64,000 nt of DNA from Eledone cirrhosa (GCA_964016885.1 OZ024741.1:175460001-175524000), one strand, 5' to 3'; shown: positions 27,022 to 42,490, counted from the first letter of the stretch. A program made the numbers and translations. Notes: generated by a model not told the origin, from the sequence alone.

Positions 27022-28759
27022 TTTCATACAAGTGTATGTAACATAATCGGATCATGAGCAGTTTGCCGATCTAAAATCTAAAATATTTCACAGCATGTAA
27101 CCATTAGATTAATCTAAATTTTCATTGTGATTGGCTGCAGTGGAACCTAAAAGTGAAATGAAGCCGAATAAAGGTCACTACGGGGAAATTTAATTGTATA
27201 AATGATGGCTCTAAGTACATGAGGATTATGTAGATATGTGATACTTCATTAAATACTAGTCAGCTTTTATTAACTTTAAAGACTACTGCTATATTTGTGT
27301 GGTGTTATGAACAGTATTTTAAGTAATTTATTAAATTTTCCTATTTAATTCTGTTTAGATTAATATCGGAAATGTTCAAGTATTGTTATTTCCTGAAGTA
27401 GTATAATTTATCATTTGCATAATAATTAGAATAGGCCGCCATTGTCAGACTCTTTAGAACCACGGATACAATTCCTCGCAGAATTTGTTCATCTCTGAGC
27501 TCGGAGTTCAAATCCCACGAAGTCAACTTTGCTTTTCATTCTTTCTAGATCGGTACGGTAAAAGAAGTATCAGTATAGTATTAGGGTCACCCTTCTTTGT
27601 ATATCGCTCTCACTATCTCCCTTTCTCTGGAAGAAATTAGCTGTGTTCAGACATGGAGACAAATGGGCTCAACCACGTTTAAAATGCCCAAAACTTGGTG
27701 GTGCCCCTACAACCGCATTAGTAATAGCAATTTTATGGGAGTTGGTATTTTATATATCAACAGGTGCAGTTTTAAATTACAGAGATACCGTTGCGCCAAC
27801 GAGTGAGAATTTACATGAACTGCAAGAAATAGCAGCCAGATCTGACCAAAATCCCATTCTATTGTCATAAAAAATAAGATTGCCACAGCAGAAAATGCAG
27901 TCTACGATACTCTATTTTTGAAATAAATAGACAGTGGAGTTATATCTAGGACGCCATTCAACATAGGCTTGCTATACTATTCGATCTAATCCAGATCTCC
28001 GTCAGTTTCGACGACGAGTCTTCGATAAACAAAACAGTCTGTGTATGAAATTAACATGTAAGTGACTTAGCATTCCACAGATACGTATACCCTTAGCGTA
28101 AATCAGCGTAACATATATGACAAAGCTAGTCCTTTGAATTACAGGTACAGTCAATTTGACGGGCTTCCAAGCAGTTTCCGTCTACTCAATTCCACTCACA
28201 AGCCATAGGTTGACATAAATTACACTCATCCAAGATGCCACGTAGTGGTTTCGAACCCAGGAACCAATGATTGCGAAGCGAACCTTCAACGGTTCAGCCA
28301 TGCTGCGTCCTACTTTGGTCTAAATAGTGACAACAATAATAGCAACAACAGTTTTATCATTTAGACGTTTCCAATAGTGACATTCATAATTCAGTTACTA
28401 GACAAATGATCTGCATGTTTTATATGTATATATGTCAATATAAATTGTTTCTCGAGTGTAATTTAAGTCTTGTTTCTGATTTCATTAATTCTATATTACT
28501 TTTTTTCTACTGTAGAATCTATAATTTATAATACTATTAATGCCATAGCTTGAAACATTAACAGTTTCTAATTATTTTTATGTTTGGAGTGGCCTGACGA
28601 AAGTGGAAGAAATTTCATTTAGTAATTAGTTTTCGTCTCTTTATTTTCTGAGTTCGAAACCCGCCAACGTCAGCCGTACTTTTCATCGTTCCGGGACCTA
28701 TAAAATAAGCCAGGAACTGAGGTTGATCTATTTGACTATCTCATCCATATCTGAAGCAT

Positions 28760-29470
28760 CGGCAACCGTCGTCACCATTTGAAAATCTCGGAAGTTTTTC
28801 ATCAGCGATGTCTTAGAATCATTTTAAAAATCAGCTGGGATAACTTTCTAACGAACATCAATGTTTCAGTAAAGGCAAAAGAACCAGCATAGGAATATTT
28901 ATGGATTCGTAACATCTGATGCATCTGTATGGGGAACCGTAGTACTATACAACATGTCTTGGGAATTTTTTAAAGCTGGCGAAGGTTATCCTATGTCTTA
29001 ACATAGCTCTTTTCTTCCAGAGAAGGAGGAAAAAAGAGAAAGCGAAGAATAATTAACCACAGTAGTGAACTGGTACTTTTTTATCGGCATCGAAAGGATG
29101 GAAGGCAAAGTTAACCGTAATGGGTTTTGACCTTTGAACTCAGAGAAGGGGAATATATTCCAAAAAGGCATTCTATCCGACGTTCTAACGACTATGGTAG
29201 TTCACTACCTAACATTGAAATAACTGTTATAAAAATGCTTCCATCAGATGGTGAGGACACCTCTTCTGAATGATTGATAACTGGTTTTTTGAACTCAAAG
29301 AGCTGAATATTTAAAAATAAACAACTTGAAGAAAAAAAGGCAAAGAAAAGAATGTGTTCTTAAATCTGGTCATTCAAAACATCAAATGGTCATCGTTTAT
29401 GTGCAGTGTAGAAATATCGACGCATCAAGAATTATGTTAGTCACCCGTCAGCGAATTCAACAACAGGGTA
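28760..29470 (+). mobile_element. RTE/BovB-like LINE 3' remnant interrupted by a SINE A copy (about 29060-29210, minus strand)
   Basis: FHQRCLRIILKISWDNFLTN motif and a degenerate terminal C..C...SRI.L..H finger. Confidence 0.6.
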
Positions 29471-31003
29471 AAGAAAGCGCTCAACCTCAACAGAGAGGGA
29501 TAGTTATGGCTGTGGCGACCATACACCTAAATGTGTGGCATTTTGTCAATGTAGAAAATAATATCTGCCTTTGGATTGATAGGATTGATAGATTGATAGA
29601 ATTGGACAACGTGCCAGATTTAGTACATTGATAGGTTTAATGCAATTCACGTAGCCCTTTGGGTAAGTTTAGTCTATTACTAGCATTCAGTTGAGATCTT
29701 TCCTCTAAGAGTAACTTCCACCCTTTCTACCACCAGTTTCAGAACATCTGAAAATGGTAGTATGTGTTGTCTTTCTGCTTTTAAGTAATAAAAAATAGTT
29801 TTCGATTCCCATATATCTTCAGGGTTCACGACGATGTAGATCTTACTTTTCTTGTTTCGGTATCGACAAAATAAATACGAGAGATATATATAGGGTAGAT
29901 ATAATTAAATTTATCCATCACTTATAATTTCTTACATTCTGCTGTTTTTCTATTATCATGTATCTGTGCTAATATTAGATACTAGAATTTTTGTTGCTGC
30001 TCATTAAAGCCAGATCGGCCTTGATCCAATAGGTGTATGGCCAAAGCCGTTCTACGCTTGATGACATTGTCTATTCGTGTTTTAATGATTATATTTTCAA
30101 ATATATTCTTTCATTTTATAATGCGGCAAGGGTGGGAAAAACGACGAATTGGTAGAGTTATTAGAGCAAAAGATAGAATACATTGCGGGATAACTACTGG
30201 CACGTTGTGCTCAACATTTAATTCCGACCGGGTTCACTGTTGTTTTTCTTCCTTCCATTGTCCATAAATAAAGTATAAGTAATGGGAGGTAGTCTTCCAT
30301 TTTAAATTGTTAAAGTTCCCAGGCCTCACTGACTAAACAGTAAACAAATATGACCTTATCATCAAACGCCCCAACATCACCTTATCAGTTTTACTGAAGT
30401 ATATCGATGATTTCATTTTATACGATTTAATCGCTGCTAAAGTTTAATCATGGATCAGATCATTTGCCAACATTATGAAGACTGTTTAAATTGACTTTTA
30501 CTTCTATATTTGTTCCTGTATCTGTGCATTGTTTGATATATCACGTTGTGGTTTCATACATTATTTTATGCATTATAGTTTGTGGCTGCAATCCACTTAA
30601 GTGCATATTTATTTGTGATTAGGGTATTTCTTCACATTCCTAAATTCGTGAGATCGATTACCCGCTGAAGCGTGTGTCATCGGGAAAGATATATGTCACG
30701 TTCTGCCAATTCACCCAAATTTAAAAAATAGAGTTGACCGAGTAATTCAAAGGGCTTGTCTTGTTACATATTGTCACGCCGTATCTCTCTGAGAAATATG
30801 TTCTTCCACCAACTCGAGCACTCTTCGTAGGAAACCACACAAACAGTGCCTCCAGGATATATCAATTCACCAGACTGAGAAGTAACTAAACACAGAATAG
30901 AGCATATATATATGCGTTCATTATGAATAGCATATTTCATAACTTCTGAAGGTAGCAGAGATGAAGCCATACCTGTGTACAAAAGAATGATGGACTCATG
31001 TTT

Positions 31004-31089
<86 letters not shown>

Positions 31090-31389
31090 ACTCGACACAC
31101 ACACACACACACGCACGCACACACGCACACGCACACACATATATATATTATAATTGAATATAAAAGAGAGATAAACACAGACATATACATATATGTGTTC
31201 AAATCGTGAGGGACCAGATTTGCTAAGGTGAAAACGATACTAACTATGGACAATAGGGGGTTGGCAGACTCAATTTAAGAATAAATCAAGAAAATAAATA
31301 CAACCCGGAATTGTGGTAACTACCAATCACCCAGACGCTTTTGGCGATGCTGTTTCGCAATCCAATTGTGAAGAGAATTACCAATTTTT

Positions 31390-31705
31390 GGTACTCTGTA
31401 CTGTGGATAGTTTTAACGTACGGCGTTGTTTCACTCAACAAGAAGTTTCTTTAGTTAGGTGGCAAGTTTAAGAGAATTTCTATGCAGGTGGTTCTTGGAG
31501 TAATAATAGTGAAAGAGTGAAGAATAGCATGGTCGGTTGTATTCCGACGATTTGATCAGAGACACACACTGTAATTAAGGTCGAGTGAATGTAATTTCTA
31601 GCGAGCAGCGGCCTTTAAACTCACCTGATTAATGAAACAATTGTGAATACTGTAAATAAACCCTTTTTGTACAGACGACCATGTAATTCTTCATTCTTTC
31701 ACTAT
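31390..31705. mobile_element. Fold-back pLTR remnant of the same family as the 3340-5562 PLE
   Basis: 31390-31540 matches the tail at 3362-3514; HHR on the plus strand; arms at 31507-31541 and about 31670-31705. Confidence 0.8.
31539..31650 (+). ncRNA. Extended-stem-II HHR, probably inactive
   Basis: gtatt-CCGACGA-tttgatcag...ctgattaat-GAAAC-aatt-GTG-aatac; GUG is not a cleavable triplet. Confidence 0.65.
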
Positions 31706-31748
31706 ATATATATATATATGTATATATATTATATATATATATACATAC

Positions 31749-31827
<79 letters not shown>

Positions 31828-32115
31828 TAGAATACGGTGGGGATTGACAAGTTTGAAATTAGAATTAAAAGCTTTCGCCGTATATTGACTACACAAAATA
31901 ATCTAATATATATGAATCCACACAACGGAAAAGAACGTGTCTTTATATGCCTTAATATTAGGCTGTTTTCTATAGTCAATATACGGGGAGAGCTGGTCAT
32001 CGATTTATAATAAATCCATAACCAACAAGTTCCGGACGAAAGGATTGTCATCAACCAGCAGTTCCATGAAAGATTTCCGAAAATCGACCTTACTAGATTT
32101 TCAGATTGGTGCTGG

Positions 32116-32163
<48 letters not shown>

Positions 32164-32164
32164 T

Positions 32165-32520
32165 TTATAATGAAATGACAGGAGGCTGGACTTGTGTAAA
32201 TCATTGAAAGGTTTATTATACTACGATCATTTCAATGACCGGGTTCCGTATGAATCCGGTGATATCATCAAGTATTCGAAATATAATAAGTGAATGTAAT
32301 GGATAAAACCCATAGGGCTGAAAATCAAAGACCGGAGGACGACCGCCATCCATTAATTAGGATTTACACAAGTCCAGCCTCCTGTCATTTCATTATAATA
32401 TTTAACTACAAAAACAAAGACGGTTGAACTGCTTTACGTTGAGTACTCTCCATATTATTACATTAAGATTGACCATACGGAATTGACCAGCTCTATCCAG
32501 TGGTGATCCTCAAACCTGAA
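32165..32520. mobile_element. Fold-back HHR mini-element, family F3
   Basis: Perfect 38-bp arms at 32165-32202 and 32361-32398, tail to about 32520, (TA)n flanks. Confidence 0.75.
32218..32275 (-). ncRNA. Type I HHR, degenerate
   Basis: atac-TTGATGA-..accgg..ccggt..-GAAAT-gatc-GTA-gtat. Confidence 0.65.
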
Positions 32521-32540
32521 TATATATATATATAGGTATA

Positions 32541-32668
32541 TGTCAAAACGGCTGGAGCTCAGCTGTCGGGGTGCTGACTCTTTTCCTATTACCCACTCTA
32601 CTATCCTAAGTATTGAGTACTCTGGTGCGTTATGGTCCACCTGGTATCTTACCACACCCTCTTTGTTA
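32541..32668 (+). mobile_element. Family F1 copy (3' half of the HHR plus tail)
   Basis: GTCAAAACGGCTGGAGCTCAGCTGTCGGGG...GAGTACTCTGGTGCGTTATGGTCCACC. Confidence 0.8.
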
Positions 32669-33085
32669 TAAATATATGGACGTGTGTGTTGGTGTGTATA
32701 TGGTTGCGGGTGTGTGTGTGTAAGAGAGGGAGTGTGTGTGTGTGTATGTATATGGGTGTGTATATCTACACATGTGTGCGTACATATGTGTATGCATATG
32801 TGTATGTGTCTGCGTGTGTGTGTATGTGTATGTGTATTTATATGTGTGTGTGTGTGTATGTGTGGGAATATATTTGTGAGTGTGAGCGGACTTGTGAGAT
32901 ACCAAACCCAGCATGAGTCCATTGAAGTGTGTCGGACGGAGAGTAGCTGATGACCAGTGTGGTAGCAAATAGTGACCAGAATTTATGATGACGTAGAAAA
33001 ACAACAGCCAATGGCAAGACAAGAGTGGAAGGTTGTTTTTTGAAGCTAACACCCCAGTGAGAAAATTTGCTCCGAAAGCATTGCA

Positions 33086-33175
33086 TGTATCCGAAGAACC
33101 CGCAGTTATAGAATCCGACAGACCAATACAATGATCATGTCTCGAGCTATCTGCCGGCGAAACAATTGTAACACA
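33086..33175 (+). ncRNA. Extended-stem-II HHR of family F2 (island about 32885-33298)
   Basis: tgtat-CCGAAGA-acccgcag...ctgccggc-GAAAC-aatt-GTA-acaca. Confidence 0.6.
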
Positions 33176-33750
33176 TAATAAACTGAGTCTAGATGTATCA
33201 CTGATTTTTCGTTTTTTATATTATATCACACTCTGCTCTGTAAGAACATAGAGTGCTCAACTGGCATACCGACTATGGAAGCACCATAACTATCATTAAA
33301 CACACACACACACTCACACACACACACGCACACACACATACACACATACACACACACATACACACACACGCACATACACACACACACATACACACACATA
33401 TATATATATATAAAATTAGGCCACACACATGCTCATACATAGACATACACACACACACATGAACATACACGAACATACACACACTTCCACGCACATGCAC
33501 ACACATGCACGCAGAAAAATATATACGAATTCACAGACGTACACATAAGCGATCATACCCACTTACCCACAAATAAATAAACGTCACAGACACACACGTG
33601 CATACCCACACTCAACCGACCTTTCAAAAAACTTACAGACACATGTATGTATATATACATACATACATTGATACATAAACATTTTGTCCTCTGATATGGA
33701 TTAATCCCCAAAATAAATTCAGTCATTCCCTTTACGGTTTTGTTCTCCGT

Positions 33751-34593
33751 GCCTTATCTACATCTATTAAGTATAGATTTACGCCTTTTCTACATCTATT
33801 AAGTATAGATTTACACCTTTTCTACATCTATTAAGTATAGATTTACGCCTTTTCTCCATCTATTAAGTATAGATTTACGCCTTTTCTACATCTATTAAGT
33901 ATAGATTTACGCCTTTTCTACATCTATTAAGTATAGATTTACGCCTTTTCTCCATCTATTAAGTATAGATTTACGCCTTTTCTACATCTATTAAGTATAG
34001 ATTTACGCCTTTTCTACATCTATTAAGTATAGATTTACGCCTTTTCTACATCTATTAAGTATAGATTTACGCCTTTTCTACATCTATTAAGTATAGATTT
34101 ACGCCTTTTCTCCATCTATTAAGTATAGATTTACGCCTTTTCTACATCTATTAAGTATAGATTTACGCCTTTTCTACATCTATTAAGTATAGATTTACGC
34201 CTTATCTACATCTATTAAGTATAGATTTACGCCTTTTCTACATCTATTAAGTATAGATTTATGCCTTTTCTACATCTATTAAGTATATATTTACGCCTTA
34301 TCTACATCTATTAAGTATATATTTACGCCTTTTCTACATCTATTAAGTATAGATTTACGCCTTTTCTACATCTATTAAGTATAGATTTACGCCTTTTCTA
34401 CATCTATCAAGTATAGATTTACGCCTTTTCTACATCTATTAAGTATAGATTTACGCCTTTTCTCCATCTATTAAGTATAGATTTACGCCTTTTCTACATC
34501 TATTAAGTATAGATTTACGCCTTTTCTACATCTATTAAGTATAGATTTACGCCTTTTCTACATCTATTAAGTATAGATTTATGCCTTTTCTAC
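33751..34593. repeat. 32-bp minisatellite, about 26 copies
   Basis: Unit CTACATCTATTAAGTATAGATTTACGCCTTTT; period checked at 33790 and 33822; no spacers. Confidence 0.97.
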
Positions 34594-35393
34594 ACACATG
34601 TGTGCAGTAATATGAAGGATCTATACATTCTTCGTCCCTCAGAAACGAATCTGTCATTTCCCGTCAGTACGTTTCTTCATATATTTTTTATAGGAAATTT
34701 ATTATCTTTAACGCCTTGATATCCCAAACTAATATTTTTTCAACAATGTTGCCATCTAAAAAATTATGCAATGTCGATATATAAATATACACTAATTACT
34801 TTGCGAATCTGTTATAAATTACTTGGACAATCGTATATTCGTATCACACAGGATTTATTGCTTATACTGCTTTTGGATCAAATTCTAAAATTACATTTGA
34901 CCGACAGTGGTGTGTACATAATCAATAATTATCTTAACAATAAGACTGGGTATGTTTAAACGATCTACGGAAAGTTTTGATAAAACCAATTGGTGTATGT
35001 AAATATAATTATTCTTTATTTAGTTTTCTCTGTTCAGTATTTTACATCAATTTAAGAGAAATCGTATATTTGTGAGTATTTACGTCGAAGTGTAACCGAT
35101 AGTGGTTTCTCAAAATAGATCGTTTTGAAACGTTAAAGAAACTTTTAAATAGTCTCTCTCCTTCTATTATTATGACTCGACAATTAGTATCGGGTTCTTT
35201 ATTCATTGCATATCTAGTGTAATAAAGTAGGCAAATGTATACAAAAGTGCATGTGATACCCTCTCTATTTTTGTACTCCTGAAGAACAGCTAAAGCCCGA
35301 CACGTCGAATTTATTTCCCCCATTCCATTTAAAGTGTGAAACTAATAAGTCTTTTTGTACCTCTGTTTGCTGTTTCCTTGACTATATATATAT

Positions 35394-36097
<704 letters not shown>

Positions 36098-36359
36098 TAT
36101 TAAGTATAGGATTATCCTAGATGCAGTAATGGTTAATTACTACACTGGATGGAGTTGACGTACGGTGAGAGGTTACTTAACGAGTTATGGAAGAATTGTT
36201 GAAGAAACTTAGTTCCTGATCCTTCTGTATTCCGGAGTGTAGATAAAGAATGAATAATAACAGGTAGACATAATAAAAAGGTAATTTATTCTGTGTGCTT
36301 ACAAATGTTTCCATGGTGGTTATACACCCTTGTTATGCTATGTGCAAATTTATAACTAG

Positions 36360-37802
36360 AAAAACTATTATCAAGTTTGATAACTGCTACTGGGAACGTA
36401 AGGACAGACCCACAAACTTCGACATTACCATGGGTTCCAACGACTCAGCGGAGGCCACGGATCTTGTGGGAATTTACATAGCCCACATACTACATAGTAA
36501 ATTTAGTAATCTACAGGGGAGTATACAGAGATGACGGGGTCTTATTAGTTAATAACTTAAATAACCAAAATCTTGAAAGGCTACGGAAAAATATTAGAAA
36601 ATCTTTTAGTGAACTGGGTCTAAAAATAACGTACGAATACAATCTTAAAGTAGTAAATTTTCTAGACGTAACTCTTAATTTAAATACCGGACTGATACGA
36701 CCCTTCCACAAGATAAATGAGAACCTTACCTATATCAATTTTAACTCAAACCACCCACTTTCCATGATCAAATCGGTTCCCCGTAGTATTTCTCTTAGAA
36801 TCTCTCGCCTATCGTCTGACTCTGGGATTTTTAGTGAACACGCTGAATACTATAATAATGCATTAAGGAATGCCGACCACCGGGATACAATAGAATACAT
36901 TGATAAGAATCTCCATAACACACATAGCTCTACACGAAATAAAGGAATACGTAACCGGGGTACTGAAATACAAGCGCACACATACAGTACCACTAGACAT
37001 ACTAATAATAGAAAATCATCACCAAATAAATCACGTTGTAGAAAGTATATCTGGTATAATCCTATTTTTAATGCTTCGATTAGTACAAAACTATCTCTTT
37101 CATTCTTTAAGTTAATCAACAAGCATTTCACTATTTCCCATAAATACAGTAAAATTCTGAACTCTAAAACTATTAAGCTATCATACTCCACGGCACCAAA
37201 CCTTGAAGCATACATAAAAAACTTAACTTAAAGCAATTAAACAACACTACAAAACAAAATATTTTGATAACAGATGAGCATAACGTAATATCGGCCTCCC
37301 AACCATTAAATGGGAGACAGGTATTACACAACCCACCTGTACTGCTATCACAACCTATCCATGGTATACCCGCTACCCACAACAAAAACTGTAACTGCCA
37401 CCTACCTGAAAGAATAAATGCCTAAAGTCCAACATTGTTTTCCAATGCACGGTTGAATCGAACGACCAGAAATGGTATTAGATCGGGTCTACCACTCCCT
37501 CGTTTAAATCTCGCTGGTACCGTCATCGATTCTCAATTAAACATCCTGATCACCGTTTTGTGACCACGCTCGCCAACAAGACCTGGCAACTCCGTGAACG
37601 CAACCAACAGTTCACCTTGAAATCGGATATACTTTCCAGCGCAAGTGCATATCGGAGTTGATTGAAGTACTGTAGGTTATGTAACCTTGAACTCTTTTAC
37701 ATCTTAAAATCCCAAAATATATTACTAAATGGTAGAATCGAACGATCATTATACTGCAACCACAAACTCAAAGCTAAATTCTCCCACTATAAAATAACTT
37801 AA
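36360..37802 (+). pseudogene. Naiad-like RT-GIY-YIG remnant
   Basis: FDITMGSNDSAE, YRDDG, NFLDVTLNL, WYNPIF, IKLSYS, CNC, *IGSTT..FKSRW, CRLC, CNH; stops and frameshifts. Confidence 0.88.
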
Positions 37803-38310
37803 CATTCGAACCCGTAACTATAAAATTACTTTCTAGCTAACCACTTTCTCTTCCCCCACACTACAAGACAATACCCTGCTTATCACTATAAATGGGAACT
37901 TAGTGCAATTCGTAGATTACTACTATGAACCCAATGTTTACCCACCCCATAGCTTTCGTCTGTCCCCTCTCTATCTCTCCCTCTCTATCCATTCCACTCT
38001 CTCTCTCTCGCCCTAGGCCTACCTCCCTCCCTCTCCACATCTATGAACCTGCCCTCTGGGGCAATAAATAATTCCAACCTTGACTATCAACGCATCGCTT
38101 AAGGTGGTCGCTTTAAGAGTAAACAGTATAATAAAACCCCTACCACAACATTTTGATTAAGATATCTACAAACCACTCTCTCCCATTTCTCCAACCCCTG
38201 CATATCTTTCTCTCTCTCTTCCTCTGCCCTTCTTTTCTCTCTTCCTTTTCTACTCTATCTTCCCCAATAACCTCACTTAAGGGTATTTACATTGTACATT
38301 TTAACCATTC

Positions 38311-38422
38311 TGCTCTGATGATACAGTGGTCACAGCATTTGATAATTGAGTTTTGCAAATAGTTATAAATTTGCACATAGCATAACTAGGCTGTATAACC
38401 ACCGTGGAAACATTTGTAAGCA
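38311..38422 (+). ncRNA. Type I HHR, intact core, 85-nt stem II domain
   Basis: tgct-CTGATGA-tacagtggt..cacagc...gctgta..accaccgtg-GAAAC-attt-GTA-agca. Confidence 0.85.
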
Positions 38423-38469
38423 CACAGAATAAATTACCTTTTTATGATGTTTACCTGTTATTATTCATT

Positions 38470-38531
<62 letters not shown>

Positions 38532-39162
38532 AGTCATTCACTCACAAGGCTTGAAACAATCCTGAGCCATGGTAAACGGCCCCTACTCAAGATGTCATGC
38601 AGTGAGATCGAATTCGTGACCTTATTATTGCAAAAGCAAATCTGCTTACCATACGACCATACTGCATCCATTTATACAGGTACATTTTGAGATGTATACG
38701 TGTATGAACGTAATATAATGTGCCGATATATATAATGTACATGTGCATAATATCAATATGCACACTAGCAGGTTTTCTGCTAGTGTGCATATTGATATTA
38801 TACGCAAGTGTATATGCATGTAGATATGATACAGCAAATAACATCATAATTGACAATATACACAGACATTGTCTTATGTAATCAGTAACGTAATCCATGA
38901 TACATTAAAAAAAGACGATATTATATATAAACTACATTAGGAGAAAATTAGTGACAGAAATATATGAATGTTTATTTAAGCGATCGCTAACCGAAAGTTT
39001 ACATTTGAAAATTGAGGAAGTGAATCTTTAAATAAACAATAACATATATTTAATCAACAATAAAATATATTTAATCAAAGAAATCCAACTTATTTTACTA
39101 ATGGGATAAACAATTATAAACCGTACGCAGTCCCGCACTCCTTACTTTACTATAGTTTAGAT

Positions 39163-39381
39163 AGTTTCTACTTTTGGCACAAGGCCAGTAATTATGCCAG
39201 TGCATTACTGGTACTTTATTTTATCGACCCCGTAATAATATGATAATAATATCATAATATTATTAATAACCTGAAATCCATCTGAGCTTAATTTTGCTCT
39301 TCACCCTTACGGGGTAGATAAAACAAAGCACCAGTAACGTATTGGAGTAATTGCTGGCCTTGTGCCAAAAGTAGAAACAAT
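39163..39381. mobile_element. Two SINE A 3' halves in inverted orientation
   Basis: 39163-39233 minus strand; 39272-39381 plus strand. Confidence 0.8.
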
Positions 39382-42300
39382 TATTAATATTTGGTTTGCT
39401 TACAAGTAAACAGCCTCATAAAACACCAAGTGGTTTACTTGTAAACAAACCGAAAATCAATAGTATTATGATATTATAATATTGTTCACTCACGAATACA
39501 TTTAGTTATACCCTATGTTAAGAGCGAAAACAAATTTTATTTGAAGAAACGTTTCATATAAAAAAAAAGCTGTGGATCTAGTATTTTAATAGTGCAAAGA
39601 AGAGTAGGTCAGGTGTACTCGTACAATTTTGAGACTTAAATACTGAAGGGAGGCAATGAAAATCTATGACTAATACATACATTTTTTATACTTCTTCAGA
39701 TAAATTTATGACGATTCCTTGCTAAGTGTTATTGTTGATATTTTTCTATATTACGGGTTTTGCGTTGATTATAAATGTCAGGTGCAAATAAGTGTCATGT
39801 CTGTGAAGAATAACTTTTTTCCAGTGTTTAATTTCATTTGTTCTATTTTTTTTTATTTGTAGAGAATTGTAATTCCATGGCAGAATTCGTACATCTTTGT
39901 GCTGAATTTCCATCTTGTCTCTAAATTGATCAATTGACACACATTTCTACACTGGTAAATTCATACGTTGATATAAATTGATAAATTGGTGTGGTATGAA
40001 AATATCTTATCATAATTTTCCTTCTGTTATCATCTCTTAGAAAACTATACATTTTGTTTTTGTTTAGATGGTGATTGTTTATGGTTTAATGTAAAACAGG
40101 CCGAAAGTTCGATCCTAGTTAGTTTAGTATTCTCTAATATATTTTATAAATAGACAATGTTGAGCAGAATTATTCATGAGATTTGCGTAATAAATACTTG
40201 TTGGAGTTAAAAATTCATCTTTTCAGGAATATTCTTTGAATATAAATCTTACCAGTAATAAACAATCAATATACTCCATCTTACCAGAGATACAATCGCA
40301 CTTTATCCTGTTATTTAGCATTCAAAGATGAGATATCATATTGCACTTAGGGTTGCAAATCATTTTATATTGTCTATAGCTGGTAACAAAAGTAATATAA
40401 GCGTTTCATTTATAAATGGTAATGTTTAAAGTAGTTTACATATGATCTTAGGTGAATGATTAGCAAACGTGTAACATGACGCTTTTAGTTAATGTCATAA
40501 AGCATAAAATTAATTATAATTTAAAACGTTTTATCCTGAACAAAACTTGAATCTTGAAAATGAATATTTAAGGAATTTTCGCAGAAGCACTAAATACAAC
40601 ATAGAATAGTAATAAAATGTTTATTGGATTCATTTCCTAAACTTTCATCCCTTTGTCGAAATATATAACTAATTTTCTCTTAGCAAAGTTTATTTTTCAC
40701 GACAAACTGAAATCCCAACCAGTTTATGGCAAGACGTAATGCATTTTCCATCTTTAAACGACCACCTAATTGAACCGACTTACAGCCATGACTGAAACAA
40801 AGTTTAAATCATTACAGCAAATTACTAATCAGAAAAGCTTTATAATATATTACCAACAATGTAATATAATCTATTTACTTCACGAGAAAGCGTTAGTTAG
40901 AAGAATCCTTTCTGATAAATAACATGAAAATGTCTTTATTATTTTCTATAGTAATGAAATAACGCATTGAATTGTTAAGAAGACGGTAAAGTAATTTTCA
41001 GTTTCTCTAATGTTTCAAAGCAATTTGTTTCAATACCTCCAACTAAGGACATCTTTACTATGTACTATAGCAAATTAAAAGAGAAATGAAATGCGGCTTT
41101 GAGATGTTTGTCTTAAATGAATAAAGATTGTATATTGAACTAGCGTGTTTAATTGCACGAGTTAACAATAAGCAGGATAGCTTGTTCTGAACGATATTAT
41201 TTTCAGTGTTTCTATATCTACAGCATATCAGATGTGAGATAAGGTTTGACGGTTTAAAGTTCCAAGTTTAAGAAGGGACAGCTAATTGAAGTTTAGCACG
41301 TTTATGACTTTCTCAAACGTCGCTAATGGTGAAAGTGATATGAAATATCAAGACATTACTGATGTACACAATAGAATGAGACAAAAAATGGGCCTCCATG
41401 CAGCCGCTTCTCTTGCTTGAAAAAGCAACTAAAGTACATGAAATCATAGACTATCTGATCAGAAAAATGAAAGGACACGTTAGGTGAGGTAGTCCCTTAA
41501 ATATACAAGAATATGGTATTGTCACGGCTGAAATTCATTTTAACGCATTAGTACTACTACTACTACTACTACTACTACTTGTTAACCTTGAAACTAACGT
41601 AGGAAGTAGGGTTTAGTGTAGTTATACAGTATCGTGAGCTCTGGGTTGGAGATGTGAGGTCTGTTTCACTCGAGGTTTACAAATGAATGAATAAATAGCA
41701 CTATACTGTCTTGACCTCTTTATTAATCACTCTCAGTTTTCACAGTACCATTTTCAAAAAGGGAACGTTGTGTTATGTAATTCTGTGTTGCTAGATTGCC
41801 TTTGATAATATGCCTGCTTCTTCAGGACTAACATGTGGCTAGCTAGCATCAATAATAAGAGGATATATAGCAACATTGACTATGTCCTCGATGGCATTCT
41901 GATATTCTGCTCATTTTGGTTTCTTTTAGTGACATTTAATAACCCAAGATCCTACATTTTACATAATACTCTTGTACCAACTTTTTGATTCTCATGTCTA
42001 GTTGCACATCACTAATTTCCAGGTGATGTTGCTTTCAGTAAATTCAATCTAACATTTATCGGAGACGCTTTTTGCCGTAGCTGAGCAAAATAGTCGTTTT
42101 TGCATTTCAATATAAAGACACATGTGTGTTGTTATGGGAAAATCCATTTAACTGAACGGCGAACATTCAAATAAAACTATAATAACAAAGGTATATTGTC
42201 TTGTACAGCATTAGAATTTACTTTCCTTAGAAGTATGTGTGTGTGTAACATCTTAGATAAACTGTATTATTATTGTACTGGTGATGATGATGGTGTGTCA

Positions 42301-42490
42301 CCGAAGCAAGGGAGACGATTTCATTAATGCTATATTGGATCAGGGAAGTGATGTCACCATTTGGGAAATCATTCGCACGTCAATAGCAATTCAGAGGAGC
42401 TATGAGAAAATGATTCTATAAGATAGGAAAAAAAAACAAAAACAAAAAACAAAATAAGTATTTTAAAGTATGATTATTATTTAATAATAC

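Larger units (their letters stand above)
36098..38475 (+). mobile_element. 5'-truncated Naiad-like PLE with inverted 5' pLTR
   Basis: 36243-36358 is the reverse complement of 38360-38474; RT and EN remnant between; (TA)n on both sides. Confidence 0.9.

Noticed and set aside
32947-32953. Isolated CTGATGA (also at 24171 and at 19947-19953 on the minus strand)
   Set aside because: No matching stem II/GAAA/NUH arrangement found
33751-34593. CRISPR-like array (32-bp palindromic repeats)
   Set aside because: Units are directly adjacent with no unique spacers, there are no cas genes, and the context is eukaryotic
37659-37661. In-frame TGA in a Naiad-like GIY-YIG domain as selenocysteine (some Naiads encode Sec)
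   Set aside because: It aligns with Gly in the related element at 4250-4662 (NGMSHCGLC versus S*LKYCRLC), not with Cys, and the copy has other stops and frameshifts
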